Source: Vulcanimicrobiota bacterium
GTDB lineage: Bacteria > Vulcanimicrobiota > Vulcanimicrobiia > Vulcanimicrobiales > Vulcanimicrobiaceae
DNA: 64,000 bases
Assembly: GCA_028287565.1 (NCBI GenBank)
Contig: JAQBPK010000259.1
Coordinates: 3,146 to 67,145 of the forward strand
Direction: 5' to 3'
Below the pieces are notes generated by a model that was not told where the DNA came from, ran no database searches, and saw only the letters and a program-made list of their open reading frames with translations. Position 1 is the first letter of the stretch; every line of letters starts with the position of its first letter. Positions 41,705 to 51,183 of this stretch are shown one piece after another. The position numbers were made by a program, and so were the translations under genes.

Positions 41705-42562
41705 GTGGAGATGCTAGACGCGGCGCGGACGATCGACTTCGAGCGGCTTCCATTCGTCACCGAAGGCGAGAGCAAGGTGATCCGCCGCTACGCGCCCGGC
41801 ATACTGGCGATCAAGCTCAAGCCCACCGTTTACTCGTTCACGCATAACCGCTACGGAGAGGTGCCCGGAACGGACGTCGTTCGCGCGTACTTCGCCGCGG
41901 AAACCTTCGGCGGGATGGAACGTGCGGCGCGCGACGGGACGCTCGACATCCGGACCGCGTTTCTGGGACTCGAGGAGACCGAAGACGGTCCGCTGCTGCT
42001 GCAGCGCGACGTGGAGCCATGCAATCTCGAAGTACGGGTGAAGCGCTACCACGTCGGGTCTCCGCTGCACCGCTACCGGTATACGGAGCGGCACCGCAGT
42101 ACGCTCGGCTCCGGTCCCGTGCGCGCCTGGACACGGTTCTCCGAACCAGTGGTCTGTTTTGACTGGCGCCACCCGCTGTGCGATGATTCGGGCAGCATGC
42201 TCGCCGATGAACCGATCTCGGACGACTACGCTGCCCTTTGGATGCTCGATCCCGCTCGCGCGAAGAAGGTCGCGCGCTCGGCGTTCGCGTGGCTCGAGGC
42301 ACTCTTCGCGGAGCACGACGTGACCCTCGTGGACATCTGCTTCTTCATCGACCGCACGGGAACAACGCTGTACGGCGAGATCAGTCCCGACTGCATGCGC
42401 GTCCGCCACGGAAGCGGCGATCCCGAACGTTCCGAACCGGGCGACAAAGACTCGTGGCGGCGCGGTGACGCGCCCGATCTCGTGTACGAGCGCTATCGCA
42501 ATCTGTACCAGCAAATATTCCCGAACGCCCCACCCATAGCGGGCAAGGAGACGACACCATGA
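41705..42562 (+). CDS. Divergent SAICAR synthetase (PurC)-like ATP-dependent ligase
   Basis: EGESK, LEVRVKRYHVGS, LADEPI, LVDICF...GEISPDCMR and DKD.WR parallel the PurC motifs. Confidence 0.78.
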   Translation: MEMLDAARTIDFERLPFVTEGESKVIRRYAPGILAIKLKPTVYSFTHNRYGEVPGTDVVRAYFAAETFGGMERAARDGTLDIRTAFLGLEETEDGPLLLQRDVEPCNLEVRVKRYHVGSPLHRYRYTERHRSTLGSGPVRAWTRFSEPVVCFDWRHPLCDDSGSMLADEPISDDYAALWMLDPARAKKVARSAFAWLEALFAEHDVTLVDICFFIDRTGTTLYGEISPDCMRVRHGSGDPERSEPGDKDSWRRGDAPDLVYERYRNLYQQIFPNAPPIAGKETTP

Positions 42563-42858
42563 GTACGGCGGCGCAAGCTTTCACCCGGACCGTCAGCATC
42601 TCGCCTCGCGGCGTTCTGGTGCTTCCGGAGGCGGCGCGTCAGGCGCTGGGAATCGCGGGCAAGGGATACGTTGGCGCCGAGGTGCGCGCAGACGGCGTCG
42701 TGCTGCGGCGAGCGGCCGACGGCGGGGACGCGTTGCGCGTGTCGCGCAGCGGCGTCGTGGTCCTGCCGCCGACCGCGCTCGGCGGCGGTTGGATCTCATC
42801 GGGGAAGATCGCGTACAGCGTGTTCGATGACGCGGTTCTCCTCCACCCCAAGGAGTGA
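42559..42858 (+). CDS. Tandem AbrB/MazE/SpoVT-like swapped-hairpin protein
   Basis: SISPRGVLVLPEAARQALGI and VSRSGVVVLPPTALG repeats. 4-bp overlaps with both neighbours. Confidence 0.6.
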   Translation: MSTAAQAFTRTVSISPRGVLVLPEAARQALGIAGKGYVGAEVRADGVVLRRAADGGDALRVSRSGVVVLPPTALGGGWISSGKIAYSVFDDAVLLHPKE

Positions 42859-43349
42859 TCGTCGCTTTTGACGGTCACGACGGTTCGGGCAAGACGTCCC
42901 TGGCGCAGCGTGTCGCCGATCTGAGCGGAGCCGCGTATGCCAGACCGTTCGGCGGGGAGCGCGGTGAGCGGCTTTTCGCGCTCGCCTCGGCGGGTCGCTA
43001 CGAGGAGGCGAACCGTCACGCGCTCGCGTGCGTGCGCACCGCGCAGCTCGGCGCCGGCGATGCGGTGGTCTTCGACCGCCACTGGATGACCGTCTTCACA
43101 CTGCTGCCCGAAGCATACTGGGACGCATGGTCGCCGCTGCCGTGCACGATCGTGTGCTCGACCGACCTCGACACGACGCTGTCACGCCTTGGCGAGCGGG
43201 AGCGCCGCGGCGCGGGCGAGGAGAATCACGAGCGATGGATCGCGCTCTATCGCTCGCTCGCCGAGCGGTTCGGCTGCGAGATCCTCGATACGACGCGAAC
43301 GAACGTCGAAGAAACCGCGCGCGCGCTCGCCGCGCGGCTGACGGCATGA
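42855..43349 (+). CDS. Thymidylate/NMP kinase-like P-loop protein
   Basis: IVAFDGHDGSGKTS Walker A, VVFDRHW, C-terminal ILDTT..VEE. Confidence 0.75.
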   Translation: MIVAFDGHDGSGKTSLAQRVADLSGAAYARPFGGERGERLFALASAGRYEEANRHALACVRTAQLGAGDAVVFDRHWMTVFTLLPEAYWDAWSPLPCTIVCSTDLDTTLSRLGERERRGAGEENHERWIALYRSLAERFGCEILDTTRTNVEETARALAARLTA

Positions 43350-43392
43350 GCTCCGCGTAGCCTGTGCGGGCGCGCGCCGTCCGCTATGCCGG

Positions 43393-44340
43393 TCAGGGAT
43401 GCGCGGCGATCTCGCGCAGCAGGAACGCGATCGCTATTCCGGCGTTGTGTGCGCCCGCGAAGTTCTGTGCGTACGGCCGCGGCGCAACCTCGTCGCCGAA
43501 GTGGTACGCGCGGTTTACGATGCCTGCGACGAACAGAAACGGTATTTTCTCGGGCGTGCAGCTGCGGATCACGCCGAGCGTCGTATCGATCGCCGCGACG
43601 GTTCCGCCGTGGTGCAACGCTTTGAATGCTTCGAACGTCGCGTTGTCCGCGACGGCATACATCTTCGAGTCGGTGACGTTCACGTCGGAGAGCGCAACGG
43701 AGTCGGCGTCGATCAGCGTCCCGACGTTGACCGCGGGATCGTTGGGCGGCTTGAGCATGCGTGCCCCGACGGCCGTCGAGAAGTCCGGCTCCCGCAGCAG
43801 CTGCGCGAAGCCGCTCGAGCTCAGCGCGCTCGCGAGCACGGAGTCGGCAGCCGGCGGCGGCCAATGTTTGGCGGGTTCGGCTCCCGGGTTGCCGTCGTGT
43901 ACGAATGCGTTCCGCCCGATCGCCACGCAGCCGTTTTGCGTCGAGCCCCACGGGGGGATGTCCGGCGAGCTCGCGGCCGTGCCGGTGGCGATGACGAGCC
44001 GGACCGACGGATCGGAAAGCAAGGGCGACAAGACCTTCGCCTTCTCCAGCGAGCTCGATTTGTCGGCGCCGTCCGGAATCAGTTCTTCGATGCACCATAT
44101 TTCGGTGCGAAGATCCTTGGCGGCGGTGACGTAACCGCGCATCCCGCGCGTGCCCTGCACGCGAACGAACTGCACGGAATCCGGGCGCGGCCGGTACGAC
44201 TCCGAAACGGCGGAGGGACCAGCGGAGAGCGCGCCCTCGAGCGGGTCCGCTTCCCAGACCTTGTTCACAACGACGAGCAGCCTGCGCCCGTCGAAACCGC
44301 TGTCATCGCTCAAAGGGCTCACGATCATCCGTGACGGCAT
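43393..44340 (-). CDS. Hypothetical protein, possible nucleoside phosphorylase/nucleosidase fold
   Basis: Motif order LVVVNK.WE, LVIATGTA, GCVAIG, AIDTT, PFLFVAGIVN and A..A echoes the PNP/MTAN family. Confidence 0.5.
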   Translation of the reverse strand: MPSRMIVSPLSDDSGFDGRRLLVVVNKVWEADPLEGALSAGPSAVSESYRPRPDSVQFVRVQGTRGMRGYVTAAKDLRTEIWCIEELIPDGADKSSSLEKAKVLSPLLSDPSVRLVIATGTAASSPDIPPWGSTQNGCVAIGRNAFVHDGNPGAEPAKHWPPPAADSVLASALSSSGFAQLLREPDFSTAVGARMLKPPNDPAVNVGTLIDADSVALSDVNVTDSKMYAVADNATFEAFKALHHGGTVAAIDTTLGVIRSCTPEKIPFLFVAGIVNRAYHFGDEVAPRPYAQNFAGAHNAGIAIAFLLREIAAHP

Positions 44341-44408
44341 GATGGTCCGCGATGGTTGCGGACCCGATACCACGCGGCGCAGCCCTTCTGGGTGCCGCCG
44401 GCGGCCTG

Positions 44409-45602
44409 TCACGCTGCGGGAACGAGCGGCGTTCGATAGCGGATCGGTACGTTGAGGAGCGCGGCGGCGTAACCGACGACGACGATCGAGATCCACACCG
44501 GCGTGTACGAGTCCATGTACTGAAGCGCCAGCCCGCCGGCGAGCGCGCCGAAGAAGCTGCCGATCTGGTGGCCGACGAAGCACAGACCGAAGAGCGCGCC
44601 CAAATTGGGCAGCCCGTGCAGCCGTGCGATCACGGCGTTCGTGAGCGGCACCGTCCCAAGCCACGTCAGGCCCATGACCACGGCGAAGACGAGCGTCGTG
44701 ACCGCGGAGATCGGGATCGCGAGAAACGCGGCGGTGGCGGTCGCCCGCACGGCGTAGAGGATCGTGAGCAGCACCTGCGGCTGCACGCGGTCGGCGGCGC
44801 GGCCGAACCCGAAGCTTCCGATGATGTTGAAGAAACCGATCGTCGCGAGCGCCGCCGCGCCGACGTTCGCGCCGATGTGGCACATCCCGAGATACGTCGG
44901 CAGATGCACGCCCATGAACGCGAGCTGGAAGCCGCACGCGAAGAACCCGGCGGTGAGAAACAAGAAGCTCGGATCCCGCAGCGCCGTGCGAATCGCGGCG
45001 CTCGTCGCGACCGGAACGCTCGCGGCCGGCGCGGCTTGCGCCCGTTGGCGCAGCAGCAATCCCAGCGGCGCAACGGCGACGATCACGAATGCCAAGATCG
45101 TCAGGCCGGCGCGAAAGCCCGAGTGCGAGATTGCGATCTGCGCGACCGGAACGAGCGCGACTTGTCCGAGCGACCCGCCCGCGGCGGCGAACGCGACCGC
45201 CGTCGCGCGCCGCGCAGCGTCCGCGGCCCGGCTCACCGACGAGATGACGACCGCGAACGTCATCGCGCTTTGCCCGACACCGACGAGCACGCCGAAGCCG
45301 AGCACGACGGCAAGCGCGTCGGGCCGGTGCACGACAGCGAGAAGTCCCGCGCCGTACAGGACGGCGCCGCCGGCGACGACGGGCGCGGGACCGAAGCGAT
45401 CGGTCAGCGCGCCGGCGAACGGTTGCGCGAGTCCCCACACGAGATTCTGCAACGCGATCGCGAACGACAAGAAACCGATTCCGACGAGATGATCGGCCGC
45501 GATCGGCCCGATGAACAGACCGAACGTTTGGCGGATGCCGAGCGACGTCGAGAGAACGAGCGCGCCGGCCGCAACGACCAGCGCCAGGGAGCCTTTCTTC
45601 AT
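44409..45602 (-). CDS. MFS transporter
   Basis: About 12 TM segments, GALTDRFG motif A, FFACGFQLAF, HQIGSFFG. Confidence 0.9.
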   Translation of the reverse strand: MKKGSLALVVAAGALVLSTSLGIRQTFGLFIGPIAADHLVGIGFLSFAIALQNLVWGLAQPFAGALTDRFGPAPVVAGGAVLYGAGLLAVVHRPDALAVVLGFGVLVGVGQSAMTFAVVISSVSRAADAARRATAVAFAAAGGSLGQVALVPVAQIAISHSGFRAGLTILAFVIVAVAPLGLLLRQRAQAAPAASVPVATSAAIRTALRDPSFLFLTAGFFACGFQLAFMGVHLPTYLGMCHIGANVGAAALATIGFFNIIGSFGFGRAADRVQPQVLLTILYAVRATATAAFLAIPISAVTTLVFAVVMGLTWLGTVPLTNAVIARLHGLPNLGALFGLCFVGHQIGSFFGALAGGLALQYMDSYTPVWISIVVVGYAAALLNVPIRYRTPLVPAA

Positions 45603-45683
45603 GCCGCGCGCTACCGAAGCGCTCGGATACGCCCCTGTGTACGAAAGCATCCTGGTTTTGCGCCCTGCGGGACCGCGTGCGCA

Positions 45684-45703
45684 CGTATACAGGCTGGTAT
45701 ACG
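45684..45703. promoter_or_regulatory. Palindrome between divergent MFS and tetR, putative operator
   Basis: CGTATAC-AGGCTG-GTATACG. Confidence 0.6.
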
Positions 45704-45724
45704 AAGCGCGGCAAACGCTCCGGA

Positions 45725-46366
45725 ATGCGCCTACGAGGTCCCGCGGGACAGCCGATGCCGGACTACATCGCCGAGGTGGCCGCCGGCCTCTTTTACCGCG
45801 ACGGCATCCACGCCGTCGGAGTCGATCTGGTGGCCGCGACGGCCGGGTTGACGAAGCGCACGCTCTACCGGCACTTCCGCTCGAAGGACGAGCTGATCGC
45901 CGCGTCGCTGCGCCGCGCACCGCGCGTGCAGTTCCCGGAGCACGGCACACCGACGGAACGCATCCTCGGCGCGTTCGACGTGCTGGAGACGTTCCTGGAC
46001 GGCAGCGATTACCGCGGCTGCCCGTACATCATCTTCACCGCGGAGCTCACCGAGCCGCGGCATCCCGCGCGCCGCTTGATCGAGCATCTGCTGGAGAAGC
46101 GGCGCGCGTGGTTCCGCGACCGCGCCCGCGAAGCGGGCTTGGACAACCCGGACGACGTCGCCGAACAGCTCGACGTGCTGTTCGACGGCGCGGCGGCATC
46201 AGGCGCGAAACGCGGCAACCTCATCGCGGCAAAGACGGCACGCCGTATCGCCGCGATGGTGATCGCCTCCTCCGCGCACACACCTGGACCCACGCGAGCG
46301 ACGGCTCGCATCGCTCGCTCGCGCGAGGGCGCCGCTCAGCGGCGTACGCGTGAGTCGAGAAAGTAG
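45725..46366 (+). CDS. TetR family regulator
   Basis: LFYRDGIHAVGVDLVAATAGLTKRTLYRHFRSKDEL and YRGCP. Start uncertain. Confidence 0.9.
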   Translation: MRLRGPAGQPMPDYIAEVAAGLFYRDGIHAVGVDLVAATAGLTKRTLYRHFRSKDELIAASLRRAPRVQFPEHGTPTERILGAFDVLETFLDGSDYRGCPYIIFTAELTEPRHPARRLIEHLLEKRRAWFRDRAREAGLDNPDDVAEQLDVLFDGAAASGAKRGNLIAAKTARRIAAMVIASSAHTPGPTRATARIARSREGAAQRRTRESRK

Positions 46367-47658
46367 TCCATCGACTGTGCGATGTACTCGGCGCCCGCCG
46401 CGGCGATGCCGTTCGCGACCTGGCCGGGGCGCAGGCTGTACGGCGCGAAATGCCCGGCGCGGGGAAGCATCACGTACGTCGTGTCGATGCCCTGTGATCG
46501 GAGCGCCGCCGCGAGCGCATCGCTGTTCGACGGCGTGACGACGGTGTCGGCGAGACCGTGCACGATCCAGGCCGGCGGTGAATCGCGCGTCACGTACGCA
46601 ACCGGGTTCGCCCGTTCCGCTTCCGCCATGTGATCCTTGATGGGCCCGTGAAAGAGCCGGTTCTCCGCAGTGCCCAGCGGATCGGCGTTCGCGAGCGCTT
46701 CCGGCGTTGCGAGCTTGGTCGGGCCGTTCCAGTCGCACAGCGCTTTCACGCGGCTCGAAACGCCTTGCCACGACGCTCCGGCTGGGACGAAGTCCGTATC
46801 GCCGCTCAGCGCGGCCAGCGCGGCCACGTTTCCGCCCGCGGAGTTGCCCCAAAGCGCGAGCCGGTTCGGATCGACATCGAAGCGCGCGCCGTTTGCGCGC
46901 AGGAAGCGAATCGCGGTCTTCACGTCCTCGACTTGCGCGGGAAACGGCTGCTCGCCGCTGAGCCGGTACTCCACCGCCACGCCGATGTACCCGCGCCGCG
47001 CGAAGTGCACGAGCCCCACGAGACCGTCTTCCTTGCGGCCCTCGAACCAGCCGCCGCCGTGCACGTAGACGATCGCCGGCTTCGGCGTCCCGGAATCGCT
47101 CTTCGGGCGCACGACGTGCAGGCGCAGCTCGCGCGAGCCGACACGCCCGTACACGACGTTCTCGTCGTACACGACGTCGTCCGGCATCAGTGACCGCAGC
47201 GCGCCGGCGATCGCGGCGTCCCCGAGCGGAGCGCCGAGCGCGTTTAGCGATCGCCACGCGTTCCAGTTGTTCGGGAACAGCTCGAACGACCGGCGATACG
47301 CCGCGACGGCGTCGGTATCGCGGTGCGCGGCGCGATAGCCCTCGCCCAGACTGTCGAAGGCGTTCCACGATTGCGCAAACAGCCGCGCGGCGAGCTCGAA
47401 CACGCGCACCGCGTCGTCCGGACGCTTCAGCGAAACCAGCAGATCGTAGCCGAGCTCGTCCAAATCAGATTCCGGAAAGTACGCCGGATCGTTGCGGCGC
47501 GCGAGCGGCACCGCCGACCACGCGCGCTCGAAGCCGTCGCGCTTCACCGCGGCTGCGAACTGGCCGGCATTTGCCGGAACGGATTGCGCATTGGCCGGCG
47601 GCATGACGAAAATCAGTACGATCGCAGCAGCGGCGAACGCACGGACGATGTTGGACAT
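46336..47658 (-). CDS. Secreted TPR + alpha/beta hydrolase (HSL-like esterase)
   Basis: Signal peptide, TPR (NAFDSLGEGY), HGGGW, GNSAGG, HG..D.VV, AGH. Confidence 0.85.
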   Translation of the reverse strand: MSNIVRAFAAAAIVLIFVMPPANAQSVPANAGQFAAAVKRDGFERAWSAVPLARRNDPAYFPESDLDELGYDLLVSLKRPDDAVRVFELAARLFAQSWNAFDSLGEGYRAAHRDTDAVAAYRRSFELFPNNWNAWRSLNALGAPLGDAAIAGALRSLMPDDVVYDENVVYGRVGSRELRLHVVRPKSDSGTPKPAIVYVHGGGWFEGRKEDGLVGLVHFARRGYIGVAVEYRLSGEQPFPAQVEDVKTAIRFLRANGARFDVDPNRLALWGNSAGGNVAALAALSGDTDFVPAGASWQGVSSRVKALCDWNGPTKLATPEALANADPLGTAENRLFHGPIKDHMAEAERANPVAYVTRDSPPAWIVHGLADTVVTPSNSDALAAALRSQGIDTTYVMLPRAGHFAPYSLRPGQVANGIAAAGAEYIAQSMDYFLDSRVRR

Positions 47659-47779
47659 GAAGACCCTCGGTAGAAGGCGTGATGGCGCCGCCGAAAAGCG
47701 ACCCCTTCGCTAACGACTAATTCTATAGTTAGTGCTTCCGCGCGGAAACCCTGCCGCTCGAGCCGCGCGGCATTCGCTC

Positions 47780-48640
47780 TTACGAAGCCGGCGAGGGGAC
47801 CGGGTCGGCGAGCGCCGCTGCCGGCTCGAGATAGAGCCGGCCGTGCGCGACGTCGAACGTCGTGATGAAGCGCCGGAAGATTTCCATTCCGATCATCGGC
47901 GTTTCGCTCCAGGGCGCCCACACGTGCTTGATGCGGTACGGGCCCAGCGACACCGAGTCGTATACGCCCGACGCGCCGCGAAAATCGCGGCCGAGACCCG
48001 CACCGAGCGTCGTCGTGCGCTGCTCGCGCGATAGCTTCACCAACGGCGATGACAGCGAGTCGCCGGATCCGAGATCGATCCGCGCGTCGACCGCATGCGG
48101 CGTTCCGTTGACGACGACCGTCACCGGCACGTAGAACGCATGCTTGCGCTCGCGCAGCGGCACGCTCGCGAGCGAGTCGTTCGCGAACCGCGCGCTGCGG
48201 TCGAACAGGCGTATCTCGCGGCCGCCGTAGTCGATCCGCACGATGTACTGCTCGAACAGCTCCGCACCGAGCAGGCCCGCGCTGGGCTTCGGGAGCGGTA
48301 CCCGGCTGAGATCGATGACGATTGGCGCCGCCACACGCACGACCGCCGAGCCGGCGACGAGCGTCACCGGCGCGGCGTGAACGAGCGGGACGGCTCCTTT
48401 TCCAGTACCGGTCGTCGTGCCCGCCGCACCGAGCCGAAGATGCAGCATCTTCGCCGTCGCCGGATCGAGCACGCTGTGACGCGCACCGGAGTCGACGGTG
48501 AACCACAGCGGCCGCGAGTTGCCGATGCGGACCTTCACCATCATGAGCTTGTCGTTACGAACGAACGGAATGACCGCGACCGGTCGCGGGGTTGGCGTGG
48601 CAGACGCTACCGCGGCCACCGGAACGACGATGCCGAGCAC
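47780..48640 (-). CDS. Secreted retropepsin-like aspartyl protease (two lobes)
   Basis: FTVDSGA, GLLG, RIDLGS and IG.E motifs. GGAGG before the GTG start. Confidence 0.75.
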   Translation of the reverse strand: MLGIVVPVAAVASATPTPRPVAVIPFVRNDKLMMVKVRIGNSRPLWFTVDSGARHSVLDPATAKMLHLRLGAAGTTTGTGKGAVPLVHAAPVTLVAGSAVVRVAAPIVIDLSRVPLPKPSAGLLGAELFEQYIVRIDYGGREIRLFDRSARFANDSLASVPLRERKHAFYVPVTVVVNGTPHAVDARIDLGSGDSLSSPLVKLSREQRTTTLGAGLGRDFRGASGVYDSVSLGPYRIKHVWAPWSETPMIGMEIFRRFITTFDVAHGRLYLEPAAALADPVPSPAS

Positions 48641-48786
48641 TTCGACCTCCGAAGAAGAACGTTTCTCTCGACCACCATGCCACCGGGCGGCACGGAAGTC
48701 TTCAAGAAGTTCTCAACGGCTGCGGTTCGGCGCCGCTGCGTGGTAGCCGACGGCATACCGCGTTCGCCGCCTAGAACCGCCCGGGC

Positions 48787-49020
48787 TCAAGAACCGGCGA
48801 CGGCTCGCATGTCGCGCCAATGCAGCAAACGCCGAACGGCCCCGGAAATCCGCTGCAACGGCGCCGCATGCTCGGACGGCGGTCGCCGCTCGGGCGGAGC
48901 CTCCATTAGGCGGCTCGCGACGACGACGCAGGTGTCGCAGATGTACACCCGCGGACCCGCCACCAGCTTGGAAACTTCCGAGTCCGTTTTCTTGCAGAAC
49001 GAGCAACGCAATTTCGGCAT
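48787..49020 (-). CDS. Stand-alone ClpX C4-type zinc finger protein
   Basis: [27 protein letters not shown], with no AAA+ domain. Confidence 0.8.
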   Translation of the reverse strand: MPKLRCSFCKKTDSEVSKLVAGPRVYICDTCVVVASRLMEAPPERRPPSEHAAPLQRISGAVRRLLHWRDMRAVAGS

Positions 49021-49131
49021 CCCGCTCCCCCTTTCGCCGGGAGACACGTTCGGCGTCGACGCCGTGGCACCGGCTTGGGGCGCTCCATTGGCGCTGGCGA
49101 GCGAGCGCTTTACGGGCTACGCTCGAACCGT

Positions 49132-50436
49132 ATGCTGATGCGGTTCGACCCGTTCACCGTCGACGTGCGGTCGCGCACGCTGCTGTGCCACGACGTCGCC
49201 GTTCCGCTCCGGCCGAAGACCTTCGCGCTGCTCGAAGTGCTCGTGCGCGCCGCGGGGCGGCTGGTGTCGCGCGACGAGCTGTACGAATCGCTGTGGCCCG
49301 ATGACATCGTGAGCGACCAGAACCTCGCGCAGCAAGTGTTTCTGCTGCGCACGACGCTGGGGTCGCACGCACCCGGGCGAGCGTACGTCACGACGGAGCC
49401 TGGGCGCGGATACCGCTTCGTCGCGCCGGTGACGGTCGACGCGGCGGGCCCGCCGTGCCGCACGGAGGTCGAGCGGCTCACGCTGCGCGGGCGTTTCTTC
49501 TGGGAGAAGCGCACGCGCGAGGGCTTCGCCAAAGCGGAGGAGCTCTTCGAAAGAGCGATCGCGGTGGATGCGGCGCACGCGCCGGCGCACGCCGGTTTGG
49601 CGGACGTGCATCTGCTTCGCGCGGAGTATCTTCTCGAGCACCCCGCGCAGGCGTTCGAGCGTGCGCGCGCCGCCGCACGGCGCGCGCTCGCGCTGGACGC
49701 ATCCGCGCCGCAGCCCGCCGCCGCGCTGGGCGATATCGCGTTCTACCACGACCGTGATTTCGGTGAAGCGGAGCGCTGGTTCGCGACGGCGCTCGCCGCG
49801 AACCCGCGGTACGCCACGGCGCTCGCCTACCGCGCTTGGTGCCGCATCGCGGTCGGCGAGGTCGACGCTGCCCAGGACGACGTCGAGAACGCGCTGCGCG
49901 ACGCGCCGTACGATCTCTCGCTGCATACGGCGCTCGCCGTATGCGACGTGTTCGCGCGGCGTTTGGAAGCCGCGCTCGATCGCACCGAGTTCGTGCTAGA
50001 CCTCGATCCGTCGTACCACAACGCGCTCTGCTATCGCGCGACCGCGCTGTCGCTGAGCGGCCGCAACGCCGACGGGCTCGGCGTGCTGCGCGCGCACGAA
50101 GCCACGCGCACGTCGCAATCCGGGATCGCACTGACGGCATTCTGCGCGATTCGGGGCGGCGAGCGCGACATCGCGCACGCGGCCGAGAAAGCGCTCGCCG
50201 AGCTGGCGCGCAGCGGCGCGTTCGTCTCGTCGTTCAACGCGGCGCTGCCGGCCGCCGCGCGCTTCGACGGCCCGGCCGCGGCGCGCATCCTCGGTCGTGC
50301 GGCGGGCGAGCGCGATCCGTGGTGCGTCTTTGCGCTGCACCACCCGCTGTACGACGGGGTTCGCGAGGACGCGCGGTTCCGCGCCGTGCTCGACCGCGTG
50401 CGGGCGCCGGCCCTGGCCGAATCCCGGACGGGGTGA
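49132..50436 (+). CDS. OmpR/CadC-type winged helix + TPR regulator
   Basis: LRPKTFALLE.LV..GRLVSRDEL...LW...GRGYRF followed by TPRs (GRFFWEKRT). Confidence 0.85.
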   Translation: MLMRFDPFTVDVRSRTLLCHDVAVPLRPKTFALLEVLVRAAGRLVSRDELYESLWPDDIVSDQNLAQQVFLLRTTLGSHAPGRAYVTTEPGRGYRFVAPVTVDAAGPPCRTEVERLTLRGRFFWEKRTREGFAKAEELFERAIAVDAAHAPAHAGLADVHLLRAEYLLEHPAQAFERARAAARRALALDASAPQPAAALGDIAFYHDRDFGEAERWFATALAANPRYATALAYRAWCRIAVGEVDAAQDDVENALRDAPYDLSLHTALAVCDVFARRLEAALDRTEFVLDLDPSYHNALCYRATALSLSGRNADGLGVLRAHEATRTSQSGIALTAFCAIRGGERDIAHAAEKALAELARSGAFVSSFNAALPAAARFDGPAAARILGRAAGERDPWCVFALHHPLYDGVREDARFRAVLDRVRAPALAESRTG

Positions 50437-50454
50437 AGCGGTGTTCACACAGGG

Positions 50455-51183
50455 GTGAACGGATGGACGCTCGCCGGAACCAGTTTTCTCGCCTCCGCGG
50501 TCGAGGCGGTCGAAGCGCTGACCATCGTGCTCGCGGTCGGGGTCACGCGCTCGTGGCCGGTGGCGCTGCGCGGCGCGGCGTTCGCGCTGCTCGTGCTCGC
50601 GCTGATCGTCGCCGTGTTCGGGCCGCTGCTGCGCCTCGTCCCCATCGACCAGCTCAAGCTCGTCGTGGGGATCGTGCTGATCCTGTTCGGCCTGGCGTGG
50701 CTGCGCAAGGCGATCCTGCGCTATTCGGGCCGCAAAGCGCTGCGCGACGAGGAAGCCGCGTTCGCGCGTGAGATCTCGGCGCTGCGCGCCGCCGAAGACG
50801 TTCAGGCCGACCGGATTGGTTTGGTGACGTCGTTCAAAGCCGTGCTGATCGAAGGGCTTGAAGTGGCGATCATCGTCGTCACGTTCGGCGCCGCGTCGAC
50901 CGCCGCGCTCGGATGGTCGGCCGCCGGTGCGGCCGCCGCCGTGCTGCTCGTCGTGCTGGCGGGCATCGCGCTCAAGGCGCCGGCTTCGCGCGTGCCGGAG
51001 AACACCATGAAGTTCGTGGTCGGGATCATGCTCACGTCGTTCGGTACGTTCTGGACCGGCGAGGGCCTCGGAATCGCGTGGTTTGGCGCCGATCTTTCGC
51101 TGCTGATTCTTGCGGCGTTCTATCTCGCCGTGTCCGCGGTGCTCATCAGCGTCGCGCGCGTGCCGAGAACGGCCGCCGCATGA
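50455..51183 (+). CDS. COG4280-type membrane protein
   Basis: FLASAVEAVEALTIVLAVG, WLRKAILR, EGLEV, RVPENTMKF.VG. Confidence 0.8.
   Translation: MNGWTLAGTSFLASAVEAVEALTIVLAVGVTRSWPVALRGAAFALLVLALIVAVFGPLLRLVPIDQLKLVVGIVLILFGLAWLRKAILRYSGRKALRDEEAAFAREISALRAAEDVQADRIGLVTSFKAVLIEGLEVAIIVVTFGAASTAALGWSAAGAAAAVLLVVLAGIALKAPASRVPENTMKFVVGIMLTSFGTFWTGEGLGIAWFGADLSLLILAAFYLAVSAVLISVARVPRTAAA

Noticed and set aside
40402-42858. NTase plus AbrB as a toxin-antitoxin pair
   Set aside because: The genes are not adjacent, the NTase protein is large, there is no HEPN or PIN partner, and both sit inside the biosynthetic operon.
43393-45714. 773-aa ORF as a single gene
   Set aside because: Its N-terminal part is an off-frame overlap of the MFS gene. 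Only 43393-44340 looks protein-like.
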